The notes under the pieces were generated by a model, which saw only the letters and a list, made by a program, of their open reading frames with translations, made no database searches and had not been told where the DNA came from. The translations under genes and the position numbers were made by a program. This document shows positions 37,215 through 47,764 of a DNA stretch of 64,000 bases, in pieces (positions within the stretch are counted from its first letter, which is position 1; each line of letters begins with the position of its first letter). This stretch comes from Schmidtea polychroa (Eukaryota), in NCBI GenBank assembly GCA_044892525.1, contig CM097887.1, forward strand, positions 112,694,397-112,758,396, given 5' to 3'.

Positions 37215-37374
37215 AAAGGAATATGACTGTATATAATTGTAAAAAGTAAGTATCTTTTATGTATATAACAGTACTATATCTTTATATAAGCGCGGTATCA
37301 ATATTATAAAATAACGGGGATCATAAAATGAAATTAACTTTAGATAAGAGTTGAAAAGTGTATATAAATTAAGA

Positions 37375-37734
37375 ATGGAGCAAGGAAATAACGAAATGAA
37401 CCACAACACAGTAACTGAAGAATTATGGAAGCAACAATGTGCCGTATTAGCACAATTAGTGTCTAATTTGCAAGAACGAGGACTGACGATGCAAAGGAAC
37501 CTAATCGAGAGTATGAACAGAGGATTTAGTTATTTAAAAATAATTGAAGACCAGAGGTTAAAAATCGAACAAATGCAAAGAGAGATAGAGAGGATAACCC
37601 AATATAGCCGAAGACAGGAAATCGAACTAGAAAGAATGATGGAGGAAGCAGAACAGACAGAAATGGAAGACTGGTCAGAATGGTTAACGAACAGGGGAGA
37701 GGGCGGACACGAAGCCGACTCTTCCGAACCATAA
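37375..37734 (+). CDS. Hypothetical coiled-coil protein, acidic tail
   Basis: 119 aa ORF from ATG 37375, heptad-rich, bounded by AT spacers. Confidence 0.6.
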   Translation: MEQGNNEMNHNTVTEELWKQQCAVLAQLVSNLQERGLTMQRNLIESMNRGFSYLKIIEDQRLKIEQMQREIERITQYSRRQEIELERMMEEAEQTEMEDWSEWLTNRGEGGHEADSSEP

Positions 37735-37819
37735 ACCAAACCTAAATTAAAATGTAAATAATTGTAAATAAAATATCGAACCTGTATCGATAAGAACTAT
37801 ATGTATATATAATTATAGA

Positions 37820-39208
37820 ATGGATAAACGACAAAGAGAAGAGTTCAGAGAGATCGTCGAACAAGTCAGAAAATCTACATCGATCAGAATACACAAACAT
37901 GTTATGTGCGGAATATGTGAAAAGTTGCTAAAGGAACCCCACCAAACCCTATGTGGATGCAGATTATGTAAGGAATGTATCAGTGAAGCAATAAAGAATA
38001 GACCACAGTGGTGCCCGGTGTGTAAAGAGACACTAATATCGAGTCTAGAAGACACTAACGAGGATAAAGCCGCAGTGAAAGACATGTTAAACACCAATCT
38101 GGGATGTAAAAATACCCCATGCGAGTGGAAAGGAGTAATATGGAAAGTAATGCAACATATGGGAGAATGTAGGTACAGAGTCGGCCATTGTGAAAGGTGC
38201 CATAAAACCAGTCGAGCAAGCGAAGAAAAAGAGCATCAAAGCCAGTGTGAAGAGAGACTAGAATGATGTGAACATTGTGGAGAAATAGATACGTGGAAAA
38301 ATCTCATCATCAAACATCACAATGTCCAAGAGGAAAAGGTATGTGCAGAGTTCAGTGGGGAATGCCTGAACGGATGCGAGGAAGGGAGAATAATAAAAAT
38401 AGCCCAACACCTAAAGGAATGTGAAATGAAAAGAATGACATGTGTACTAGGTAAATGGGGCTGTCAGAAACTACTACACCGAGGAGAGTTACCACATCAT
38501 TTAGTAGAAAATGCTTCAACCCACGCAGAAATGTGGTCGACTGCGTTACAAGAAAGTGAAGAGAAAGTAAAACAAATGGAGATAGAGATAACATCGTTGA
38601 AAGTGTTAGTCAAAGAACTACTAGAAGAAAGAGAAGCGTTCGAAGAAGCTCGGGCAAACATAAAGATGCAAATAAATCGTATAGAAATCAGCAATAATCA
38701 GGCCAAGGTGCTACATCAAAAGATAACTGAGATAAATCTAAATGAAGTAATACCAACCGCACCCTACGTATGGAAAATAACGGGAGTAAAAGAAAGAATA
38801 CGAAAAGCAAAAACCGGAGAAGAAACAAAAATAACGAGTCCCGCATTCCAGTCTTGGAAAAATGGGTACAAAATGAAAATGAAGATATATCCCAACGGGG
38901 ACGGCACCGGATTAGATACACACTTTTCGGTTTTCTTTCTGTTATGCGAAGGGGAATACGACGAAATAATAGAATGGCCGTTCCAGGCGAAGATCGACAT
39001 CGCACTAATGAACGACCGAAACATCCACGAACAAAGCTTCAAGACGACGGGAAACCAAATGTGTTACCAGAGACCTACGGAAGAAGAAGGATCAGCAACG
39101 GGAGCGCCTACGTTCATTCTACAACAAAAAGTAGAGGATATGGCGAGAAATGACACAGTATATATCAAGATGACCGTGAGGAAAGAGGGGAAGGGTAGAA
39201 CAGAGTAA
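37820..39208 (+). pseudogene. Intronless TRAF-family protein (RING, TRAF zinc fingers, coiled coil, MATH), one in-frame TGA at 38264-66
   Basis: CGICEKLLKEP.Q..CGCRLCKEC....CPVC; CKNTPCEWKG; WKITG..SPAF..GYKMKMKIYPNGDG.G..THFSVF..LCEGEYD.IIEWPF. The two ORF-track pieces share a frame with 53 open codons between them. Confidence 0.92.
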
Positions 39209-39402
39209 CCAATCGAATAATGTGGTATATAATAATCTGTATATATCGATGTATATAACCAATAAAATATTATATAATAATAGTATGAAAAACCCTAAAT
39301 ACGAAAAACCCAAAAATGATGCGAAAAATTTCCGAAGAAACAGTAACTAATGAATAAATTTTTACCATAATAAAAAGATTAATCGATATCTATGATTTAG
39401 AA

Positions 39403-39744
39403 ATGACACAAGAGAAAATAACCGAAACTACGATAGCCCCAACCAATACCAACAAGACACAAATTCGCCGAGAATATAGCGAAAAATGGAACAAAGTAAT
39501 GTTCCAACTAACTAACCTCACCCGAAATTACATCGAAGAAGCTAGAGAAGATGAGAACAGTAAATATCAATGGCTAATACACAATTTAAGAGAGGAGGCT
39601 GAATCGTGCAAAAGAGCGTCGAAATGGGCGTCATTAGAAAATACCCGCCAAGAAGCGCACAGCCACTACTTGAAACAGCTGGTGCAGGAAGCGAGAAAGA
39701 GGCTCACTGACGAAAACGCAAAACGCGAAGCGGAAAACAAATAG
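39403..39744 (+). CDS. Hypothetical helical protein
   Basis: 113 aa ORF; TTTAG|AAATG context. Confidence 0.55.
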   Translation: MTQEKITETTIAPTNTNKTQIRREYSEKWNKVMFQLTNLTRNYIEEAREDENSKYQWLIHNLREEAESCKRASKWASLENTRQEAHSHYLKQLVQEARKRLTDENAKREAENK

Positions 39745-39755
39745 AAGGAAGAAAA

Positions 39756-40414
39756 ATGATGCATTTATTGGCAGAGGCCAGAAAATGGAAAAGACAAAAT
39801 AGTGAAATGAAAAAGGAGATGAAAGAATTGCCCATGAGACTCGGATATGAAAGTGAACAGGGCAAATGGGAACAAAATTTAATAATAAAGGAAGAATTGA
39901 AACGGTTGAGAAAGGTCGCCGCCCGAAGCCAAACATGCAGACAAAGGCTATGGAGTTTGAGCGACATTTGGCAATGAAATGCGACATAAGAGAACACGAG
40001 AATGCAGCAATGGAAGAAATGATACTTCAGCAATCAGGACGAGTCGTGGAACTGGTAAATAAGGTCGCAGCACTGGAACGAGATGTCAATGGATACCAGG
40101 GAGCACTGGAACAAAGAAATATGGTATTAGCAGGAAAAAATAAGAAGTTGGAAAACGAATGGAAAATGTATACCGAAAATCTCAAAAATCTGGAGACAGA
40201 GATCGAGAAATGGAAGGGCGAGGAAAAGATAAAAGAGTTAGATAGACAATTAGAAGCCAAAGATGAAGAGACGAGATACCTCACCTATTTGCTCGACGAG
40301 GAATTGAATATCACTAGAGCATTACGAGATGAAGTTCATGAGTTGAGAGCTCAAATTCCCCAATATTACATACCATATGACATCCAGCGGTCGATAGCGA
40401 TGAAGGCTACGTAG
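39756..40414 (+). pseudogene. Coiled-coil protein, probably one frameshifted ORF
   Basis: Overlapping ORFs 39756-39977 and 39866-40414, E/K/L heptad-rich. Confidence 0.55.
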
Positions 40415-40603
40415 GCCAGGAGGAAACCTTCGTATAAAAGGGATCAAAAAGATAAAAAACTAAAAATCGGGACGTATATCCCAAACAAAAAAATTAAAGT
40501 ATTGTAAAAGTATTCAAGGGATTGTAACCCAAACTATTAAATTTTATATAAATGTATACGTATAAGTCGCACTATAGCGCACCATTAACTGTACATATTA
40601 TAG

Positions 40604-41311
40604 ATATGAAAATCAAGGAAATGATAGAAATCATGAGTGATGTGGAAGAAGGAGAGATTGTAACGGAAACAACAGAAACACAAACGCTAGAAGCAGAATT
40701 GCGGGCAGAGAAGTGTGAAAACGAGAGACTGGTAAACAAGTACATAGAGGACCGGAAAATAATAAAGATATTAAAGAAAGAATGCAGAGTGCTAGGGGAA
40801 GTAAAAAGAGAAGCAGAAGAGGAAAATGAATGGCTTCACGAACAAAGGAATGCGAGGGGAAAACTGGGAACAGATAGCGGAAGAACTATGGAAAGAAAGG
40901 GCAAGCCTTAAAGCAGAAGAAGTGATTGAGGACTACTGGAAAACTGAGGCGAAGGAGCGCCAAACAGCTATAAATAAATTAAAACGACAACTGGAAGAAA
41001 ACCAACGGGAAAGTAAAGAAATGAGGAAGTGGGTCCGCAAATATAGAGAAATAGAAAGAAAACATCAACAACAAAATTACCTGCAAGAAAACGAACAAGA
41101 CTTCCTACAAATTGAGCTAAAAAGAAACCTTGAAAAGAAAAGGGAAGAAATTAGACGCTTGGAAAAAGAAATTAGACATTTAAAGAGAGAAGCCCGTGAA
41201 AAAGACCGACAATTGGAAATGCTGCCCGAGTTAAGACACAGGGTTATTAAAGCAGAGTCCACCTTGATGAGAATCGCCGAAAATAACCCCAAATCAGAAC
41301 CATTAAATTAA
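40604..41311 (+). pseudogene. Coiled-coil protein, frameshifted
   Basis: Overlapping ORFs 40552-40911 and 40826-41311 with continuous heptads. Confidence 0.55.
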
Positions 41312-41347
41312 GGGTCACTAAGACCAATTGTAAATAAAACATAATAA

Positions 41348-42004
41348 ATGTATAATAGTATCATGCGAGGCGAGATGATGATAACAATGATGGTATTGAT
41401 GATTCTGATGGAGAGCCAACAAATAAATGCCCAACCGAAAACCGTACGAGATTACCGAAATCAAAATCAAGAACCCAAACAAGAATCCTGCCAATGCACA
41501 TACCCTATGACCGTAAAAACCAATATTATCCAAACCATTCAATCAACCCGATCACACATCAACAACATCCGAACAATGTGTAAAAAGAATCCCATTTGTA
41601 AAATGATAAACAAACAAATCCTCGAACAAATCCAACAATTCGACCAGTTGGAACAACAAATGCAACAAGAAAATTTTGGAAATCTTGTAGAAAAGCCAAA
41701 AACACCCCCAGAAACTAGCGAGGCTTATTATCTCATGTGTGTAGTGATCACCGAAACTACTTTATTGTGTCTGGTAACTCTCTTAAAAATTTACGAAATA
41801 AAGAAACAATGTCAAAGTACGAAAACCAACAACACCCAACCAAACCCAGATGAAATAACTAACACCATCGCAAGCCCACCCAGATTATCCAGTAACGGAA
41901 CTCCGCAACCAACATCCAGTCGTCAAAATTACATCAATCTCCAAATTCATCAACCACCCCAACCAGGCCGTCAGAGCAATCCATCTATATCGTCACTGAA
42001 CTAA
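41348..42004 (+). CDS. Predicted single-pass membrane protein (signal peptide, Cys-containing ectodomain, TM, P/S/Q-rich tail)
   Basis: MMITMMVLMILMESQQ; CQC...CKKNPIC; TM AYYLMCVVITETTLLCLVTLL; tail with NYINL. Confidence 0.65.
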   Translation: MYNSIMRGEMMITMMVLMILMESQQINAQPKTVRDYRNQNQEPKQESCQCTYPMTVKTNIIQTIQSTRSHINNIRTMCKKNPICKMINKQILEQIQQFDQLEQQMQQENFGNLVEKPKTPPETSEAYYLMCVVITETTLLCLVTLLKIYEIKKQCQSTKTNNTQPNPDEITNTIASPPRLSSNGTPQPTSSRQNYINLQIHQPPQPGRQSNPSISSLN

Positions 42005-42239
42005 AACATTGTGTGTAAATTAATGTGTATATGAACTATCACCTTAAGTGATACTGGCTTGGTCTTGCTTTGACCTTTATCTTACAATAAAATTTTTATC
42101 ATTGTTGTATAATTTTTCTCGTTTGTGTTATATTTTTTTTATGAATGAATGAGTTAAGTTAATTATGCAATTGCGGGACGCAATTTTGATGGGTCCCCGA
42201 GTGATTTGTTGGGCTGAATCGAAAATTTAATCGTTGAAA

Positions 42240-42870
42240 AATAAGAAAGTAGGAAAGTAGAACATTAAGGAAAATAAAAATAAAATAAATGAAATCAGAG
42301 ATAAAATAGAATAAGATATAAGGAAAATAATAATTAAGACATAAGAATTAAAACAAAAAATAAAATTAAGAAAAGATTAAAATAGAACAACAAGTTGACA
42401 AATAAATAAGGAGGAATTCAAGAAATAATAAGGAAATTAAGGAAATAAATAGAAAAACATATTAAAAATAAAGAAAATAAGGAAAAACAACCTAAAAACA
42501 AGAAAATTATATTAAATTAATAGAAATAAGCGGTACTCAACTCTGATTGGTCCGCACAAATAAGAATTTGCTATATATACAACCACCAAAATCATTAAAT
42601 TTACTGTTAACCCCGAGCATTTTATAGGTAAGAGAGAATGTTTAAATTGTCTACTGTTAACCCCGAGCATTTTATAGACATCCACAACTTACGGAGACAC
42701 ATTCAAGAATCAGAGACACTAACCGAGCAACAGTTCATTCAGAGAATTCATAGCTACTTACAATCAATTCGAAGCTAAGCGATTTGTCACAGCAATCGAT
42801 ATTCCATCAACAAACTCATTCAGAGCGACTCACATTAATTTTTCGATCCAGCCTAATTCGACAGTAAGGG
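42240..42870 (+). promoter_or_regulatory. Promoter module 1: A-rich tract, CTGATTGG (42543), TATA (~42572), short exon, GTAAG donor (42864)
   Basis: Same order as modules at 52210 and 59410. Confidence 0.55.
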
Positions 42871-44848
42871 ATTTTATTTCATTTATTTATTTAAATTCGA
42901 AGTTAACAGTATTATGTATCTTTAATGAATAATTAAAAATTTTGAAAAATAACATTGACTCTCTTTTCATTTGATCCCAATTAATGATTTCGATAAAGTA
43001 AATAATTTAAAGGTCTAAAAGTAGTTATTAGTGATAAATGAGCGATTGCACAATCTTTATGATTACTGTTATGAAATACCTTTTTTATGATTTTTTAAAG
43101 TAACGAGTAACGTGGAGTTGAGGAACCGCAGATCATGGTATGAGGTGCCTTCGGGAGCTCTGCCGGTGGATCTGAGGTTCTTCAATCACGCAGCTAGATT
43201 GGGCCGAAATGTGAAGGTTTCTTCGCGGGTCCAATCGCTGAAGGATTGACTCAAAATTAGACAGAATGAGGAAAAACGATTTAGATTAGTTATATGAATT
43301 TAGAACGAATACCGAAATGTACAGTGATTGAGGTGGACATTACATCTGCAGTGAGTTTATTTCCATCCTGAGGAACCATGCGATCCTGAGTCTAACTTTT
43401 CGCTAGCATCGTCGTAATCAGTCCAATTTGACTCTAACATCGTACTAAATTCCACACTTATGTTCGGTTAATTAAAAATTAGGACGAATTCTATATTCCT
43501 TCATTTTTCAGTTAAAAATAAATAAAGCTCTAATGTATAAATAACATTTATTAAAATTAAAGTAAAGACATAACTCCTGATAATCATTTATTTAACTTAT
43601 ACTTACTAGTAAACTAGAAATACCCGTTCAGCAGTTTCCACACCATCACATCAGGATGTCTATCATCGAAATAATATCCACATAGAGTAGGGAGTTGAAT
43701 TGTAGAACTTTTTCATCAAGTAATATCTAGAATTGAGGAAAATCTCCAAACATAGTAAATAATTCCAAAAAATCCAAACGAGAGAATTGTCATGAAAATT
43801 GAACGGTTGAGAATTTGTCCATATGATGTGCGAGTGCAGATAAATTTTCCATTGAGTAACACTAGCATGACTATGGGTAGCAACACCAGCGTTGGAATTA
43901 CCTGAGAATTACACACGAGGATAGATGATAATCACGCAGCGAGTGCATGGCTAATCATAGTAGTCTGTGTTCCATATGTCGTATTTAGTGTAGATTCTAG
44001 CATTACGACTGATAACGACGGGATATTGATTACTCGTCATAGTAGCTCCATGAATAGCAGATGATGGCTCTCATGGATTTTGTGTTGAAATGCGATCAAC
44101 GAAAGATAACTACATGCAGTAACATTTCACAAACCACTCATCTGGAAAATTTTCGAATGAATTAAATTTAACTGATAATAGAATGACTAAATGGATAATA
44201 ATAGACAATTATAATTTGAATTAAATAATTTAAAGGATAACCGAATGACCAAGTGCGTAATTGTAGACCAGTATGAGTTAACCTAAATAATTTAAACGGT
44301 AAAGGGCATTGTTAAATTAAGTGGGGATAATTGGGACCTGCTAACTAATGATGGAAAACTAAAGCCAAGCGTTAATAATAGAGTCGGAAATTGTAAATTC
44401 GAGTGTTACGAGTGATCTAACGAACAACTAATAGTAATTTTGAATAATAGGTAAATTAATTCGAGTTCGTGAATAATAACATTTTGAATAATCACGGTAA
44501 ATGTTTTAAATGATAATTAAGGGTGTTTTAACAGCTACTCAAATGTACCTTTTAATAATCAGATATGTTTATAGACCAACAATCATGGGGCAATTTAGTA
44601 ATTAATAAACCTTCTCAATTTCTAAGTTAAAGATTTATTTGCATTCGTCAATGCTATCCCTTTACTGAACTATTCGTTAAATAAAAGCGATGTTACAAAA
44701 TCGTCTAGAAGGGAAATCCATCCCCCCACTTATTCCGAATACCCGCTAACTGCTGACAGTGACTAACCAACCTCATTCGACCTGCGATCTTATTCATATA
44801 AAAGATTTAGTAAGTCGTTATAGTTCCTTATTTTACAGTTGATCAATT

Positions 44849-45592
44849 ATGCTGCCAACTACGAAATCCACCTTACGTCCTTGCTTCTCTTGCGAGGACA
44901 AAAACGCGATTATAAAGGATCTTCAGGCCCAGATCGGGCGCTACAAAAAGAAGATAGATGAGCTGGAGGGCACTTGGTTTACCCCCGCTCAGATGAAGGA
45001 GACTCAAAAGAAGCTCCATCGTAGTGAGCATTGTCGGGACGCGCTCATCTCGGAAAGCCGTGCCCAGAGAAGCCTTATTAAAGAACAGTCAGAAGCGCTG
45101 CACAAAGTCTACGTACAGGCAGCTACCACACAAAAAATCGTACAGATTCCCATCAAAGAGGCCGATAACATCTTCCCGCCTCATCATAACCCCTCATCAA
45201 AACCATCTCCACCGTTCAAGAGACCATGTCGAGACTGCGTGGAGACCGAACTGTCACCTATGCGACCGGACGTTGTCATCACAGGTACTAGTAAGACCTC
45301 AACTGCTGGTACCTCTGTATCCGCTGCGCTTCAGCAAGTCGCATCTACAAGCAAACCCAAACAATTATCTCGTGCGGAACGTAAGAAGAGACAGCGTGAG
45401 CGCGCATCCACCAAGCCAAACATCCCATCGATAGAAAACTCAACCAGTGGTAGTAGTTCGCGCGTGTCCATCGACTTGACAGTAGGACCCCCGGCGCGCA
45501 TCATCTCAGCAGCTGGCGTGACGTTGGAGGAAAACGCCTCCGAATTCTTTAATCTGGATGAGTTACTCGCCGACACCGAATGGGGAAAGTAA
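44849..45592 (+). CDS. Repeated ORF family copy B, 247 aa (CxxC, coiled coil, Arg-rich motif, acidic-hydrophobic tail)
   Basis: Intact ORF; TTTTACAG acceptor 10 nt upstream; homologs at 46467, 54817, 57219, 58400, 27995(-). Confidence 0.85.
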   Translation: MLPTTKSTLRPCFSCEDKNAIIKDLQAQIGRYKKKIDELEGTWFTPAQMKETQKKLHRSEHCRDALISESRAQRSLIKEQSEALHKVYVQAATTQKIVQIPIKEADNIFPPHHNPSSKPSPPFKRPCRDCVETELSPMRPDVVITGTSKTSTAGTSVSAALQQVASTSKPKQLSRAERKKRQRERASTKPNIPSIENSTSGSSSRVSIDLTVGPPARIISAAGVTLEENASEFFNLDELLADTEWGK

Positions 45593-45862
45593 GAGAACCA
45601 CAGCGGCATTCCCGAAGCCTGTTGCGAAGTCGAACTACATTTGTTGGGGTGTTTTTCTTTTCCTTCGACAAACATTCGTGATGTGTACAGTTGAATCCTT
45701 GTGTCTAAATGTTGAAATTAATAAATTTTGTTGTTTTATATATTTTCGTTTATGAATAGTCAGACTTTGATTAAATAGGTTAAATAAAGCGTCTTCGAGA
45801 GCTAAGGAATAATCCCCGATATGTTTTCGCGAAATTCTGACAAACGGTGGTGTAATGAGATG

Positions 45863-46134
45863 GACGTAAGCCCTTCTATCGGCAGTCGTGAATGGGAAGT
45901 CGAGGCCTCAGCAAGGAGTAGTTTTAAGGCAGAAGCTCACCTGCCTGCTGGCGTCTCGCCTGCATAGTGCAGTACCAACGTGAAGTAATTCACGGGCACT
46001 ATGTTGGAGGAAAGTTATGTGGGGTTTCACTCCAGGTTGACAAGGCAGTAGCACATTTTATTCGAGATGGACAATCCACCCTTAGACCAGCCAATATCGT
46101 AGAGTAGTCAGCCGAGGTGTAACCCCAACATAAT
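45863..46134 (+). ncRNA. Structured RNA motif copy B (core 45863-46004, second domain 46014-46134)
   Basis: Stems GGCAG/CTGCC, GCATAGTGC/GCACTATGT, CGTGAA-GTAA-TTCACG; GTTATGTGGGG/CCCCAACATAAT. Confidence 0.7.
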
Positions 46135-46466
46135 GGTGGATACGAGCCCAGGGTAGTAATTAAATATCAACCTTAGATGAACTTACTTGCGTAACCACTT
46201 AATCGAATAAATCAAAGGGAGAGCTGCGAATTAAAATCGTTTCACCAACATGGGAAATTTCACCATCTTTTTCGCATTCGTCAAATCGACAATTTACACT
46301 TAAGTTGAATTGTGCTGTAAACATCTTAGTAACAGAGTTGGATGTTAAGATAAGTTCTTTCTTGGTGTTCGTTGAATACCCGCCCGCGAATAGCCAGTTA
46401 GTCGAGTCTATATTTTAAAATTGATTCTTGTATATTCCACATCTCACATTTGCCTTTATAGTTATC

Positions 46467-47216
46467 ATGACACCAACTGCCAAGCCTGCGTTACGTCCTT
46501 GTTTTTCTTGCGCGGACAAAAACGCCATCATCAAGGACTTACAAACCCAGATTGGGAAATACAAAAGGAAGATCGATGAGCTAGAAGGGACATGGTTCAG
46601 TCCCGCTCAGATGAAAGAGACCCAGAAGAAGCTCCATCGTAGTGAGCATTGCCGGGACACTCTAATCTCTGAGAGCCGTGCCCAGAGAAGTCTAATCAAG
46701 GAGCAGTCGGAGGCGCTGCACAAAGTCTATATCCAGGCAGCCGCCACCCGGCAAATTGTCCAAATTCCTATAGGCGAAGCCGATCAGCTCTTCCCAAGGC
46801 ACCACGACACCTCGTCAAAGTCGTCGCCACTATCTAGAAAGCCTTGCAAAGGGTGCGTAGAGACTCAGCTCTCGCCCAAGCCAGCCGACGTGATCTTTAC
46901 CGGCACCAGTAAAACGACTCAATCTATCGTTTCTACCTCCGCCCTGCCTCTCGTCATTAGCAGCTCCTCAAAGCCTAAGCGTCGGCAACTGTCACGTGCT
47001 GAACGCAAAAAGAGACAGCGCGAGCGTGCATCTACAAAGCCGAACGTCTCCTCAACGGAAATTCCAACCAGCATCAACGATTCTCACACGACCATAGACC
47101 TAACCACTGGACCCCCAGCACGGGTTATTTCAGCAACTGGAGTAACCTGGGAGGAGAACGCCTCCGAGTTCTTTGATCTGGATGAGTTACTCGCCGATAC
47201 TGAATGGGAGAAATAG
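46467..47216 (+). CDS. Repeated ORF family copy C, 249 aa
   Basis: Intact from ATG 46467; CTTTATAG acceptor 5 nt upstream; 73/79 identical to copy B in the N-terminal core. Confidence 0.85.
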   Translation: MTPTAKPALRPCFSCADKNAIIKDLQTQIGKYKRKIDELEGTWFSPAQMKETQKKLHRSEHCRDTLISESRAQRSLIKEQSEALHKVYIQAAATRQIVQIPIGEADQLFPRHHDTSSKSSPLSRKPCKGCVETQLSPKPADVIFTGTSKTTQSIVSTSALPLVISSSSKPKRRQLSRAERKKRQRERASTKPNVSSTEIPTSINDSHTTIDLTTGPPARVISATGVTWEENASEFFDLDELLADTEWEK

Positions 47217-47491
47217 GAGGCCACGGTGAGCGTTCATAATGATATCCAAAGACTCCATCTACCTTTGTTGTGATATTTTCCCCTCTTATTAAAAACATGG
47301 AAATGTGCATGGTTAAGTTCTGTGTTGTAATATAGTAACCAATAAACCTTACTGTCTATTTTGTTTTCTTTTCCTTTCAAGATTAGTCTGATTATGATTA
47401 AGGACGTCGAGCTAAAAACTTTAGAGGCCCAGTAAACAAATGCCGATCTGTGCTCAACGAAATTTCGCTAGGCGGTTGGGTACTGAGAACG

Positions 47492-47764
47492 GACGTAAGC
47501 CCTTCTATCGGCAGTCGTAAGTGGAAAGTCGAGGCCTCAGCAAAGAGTAGTTTTAAGGCAGAAGCTCACCTGCTTGCTGGCGTCTCGCCTGCATAGTGCA
47601 GTACCAACGTGGAGCAATTCACGGGCACTATGTTTGAGGTCAAGTTATGTGAGGTCCCACTCTGAGTTGAACGGCGAAAACGGATAATATACGAGGTGGA
47701 CCATCATCCCTTAGCGAAAAGAGGTATCGTGGACAGAATCAATCGAGTGGTACCCCAGCATAAC
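47492..47764 (+). ncRNA. Structured RNA motif copy C (core 47492-47633, second domain 47644-47764)
   Basis: 7 differences from B over ~142 nt of core; GCAA tetraloop in place of GTAA. Confidence 0.7.

Larger units (their letters stand above)
35990..42004 (+). mobile_element. Cassette of intronless same-strand ORFs, probably the 3' accessory region of a giant LTR retroelement
   Basis: Strongly A-rich plus strand like the 5.6-17.5 kb element; ORFs separated by 100-200 bp AT spacers; the first ORF resembles that element's post-integrase FN3/TM ORF. Confidence 0.55.

Noticed and set aside
36424-40284. Hydrophobic minus-strand ORFs (36424, 36821, 37526, 38352, 38688, 39634, 40027 etc.)
   Set aside because: They are shadows of A/G-rich plus-strand genes, giving F/L/S-rich translations.
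44849-45592. Resemblance of KKKIDELEGTWF to the hepatitis delta antigen coiled coil
   Set aside because: Generic coiled-coil similarity only; the rest of the protein does not follow HDAg and no HDV-like ribozyme was found.
45863-46004. RNA motif as RNase P/MRP (GUAAGUCC / GGGGCUCA resemble CR-I / CR-V) or, on the minus strand, HCV-type IRES IIIe (ACUGCC-GAUAG)
   Set aside because: The blocks are only ~65 nt apart, the CR-V-like block sits in a hairpin loop, and P1/P2/P3 are missing. The IRES-like strand would point into antisense UTR, and wobble/GNRA evidence mostly favours the other strand.
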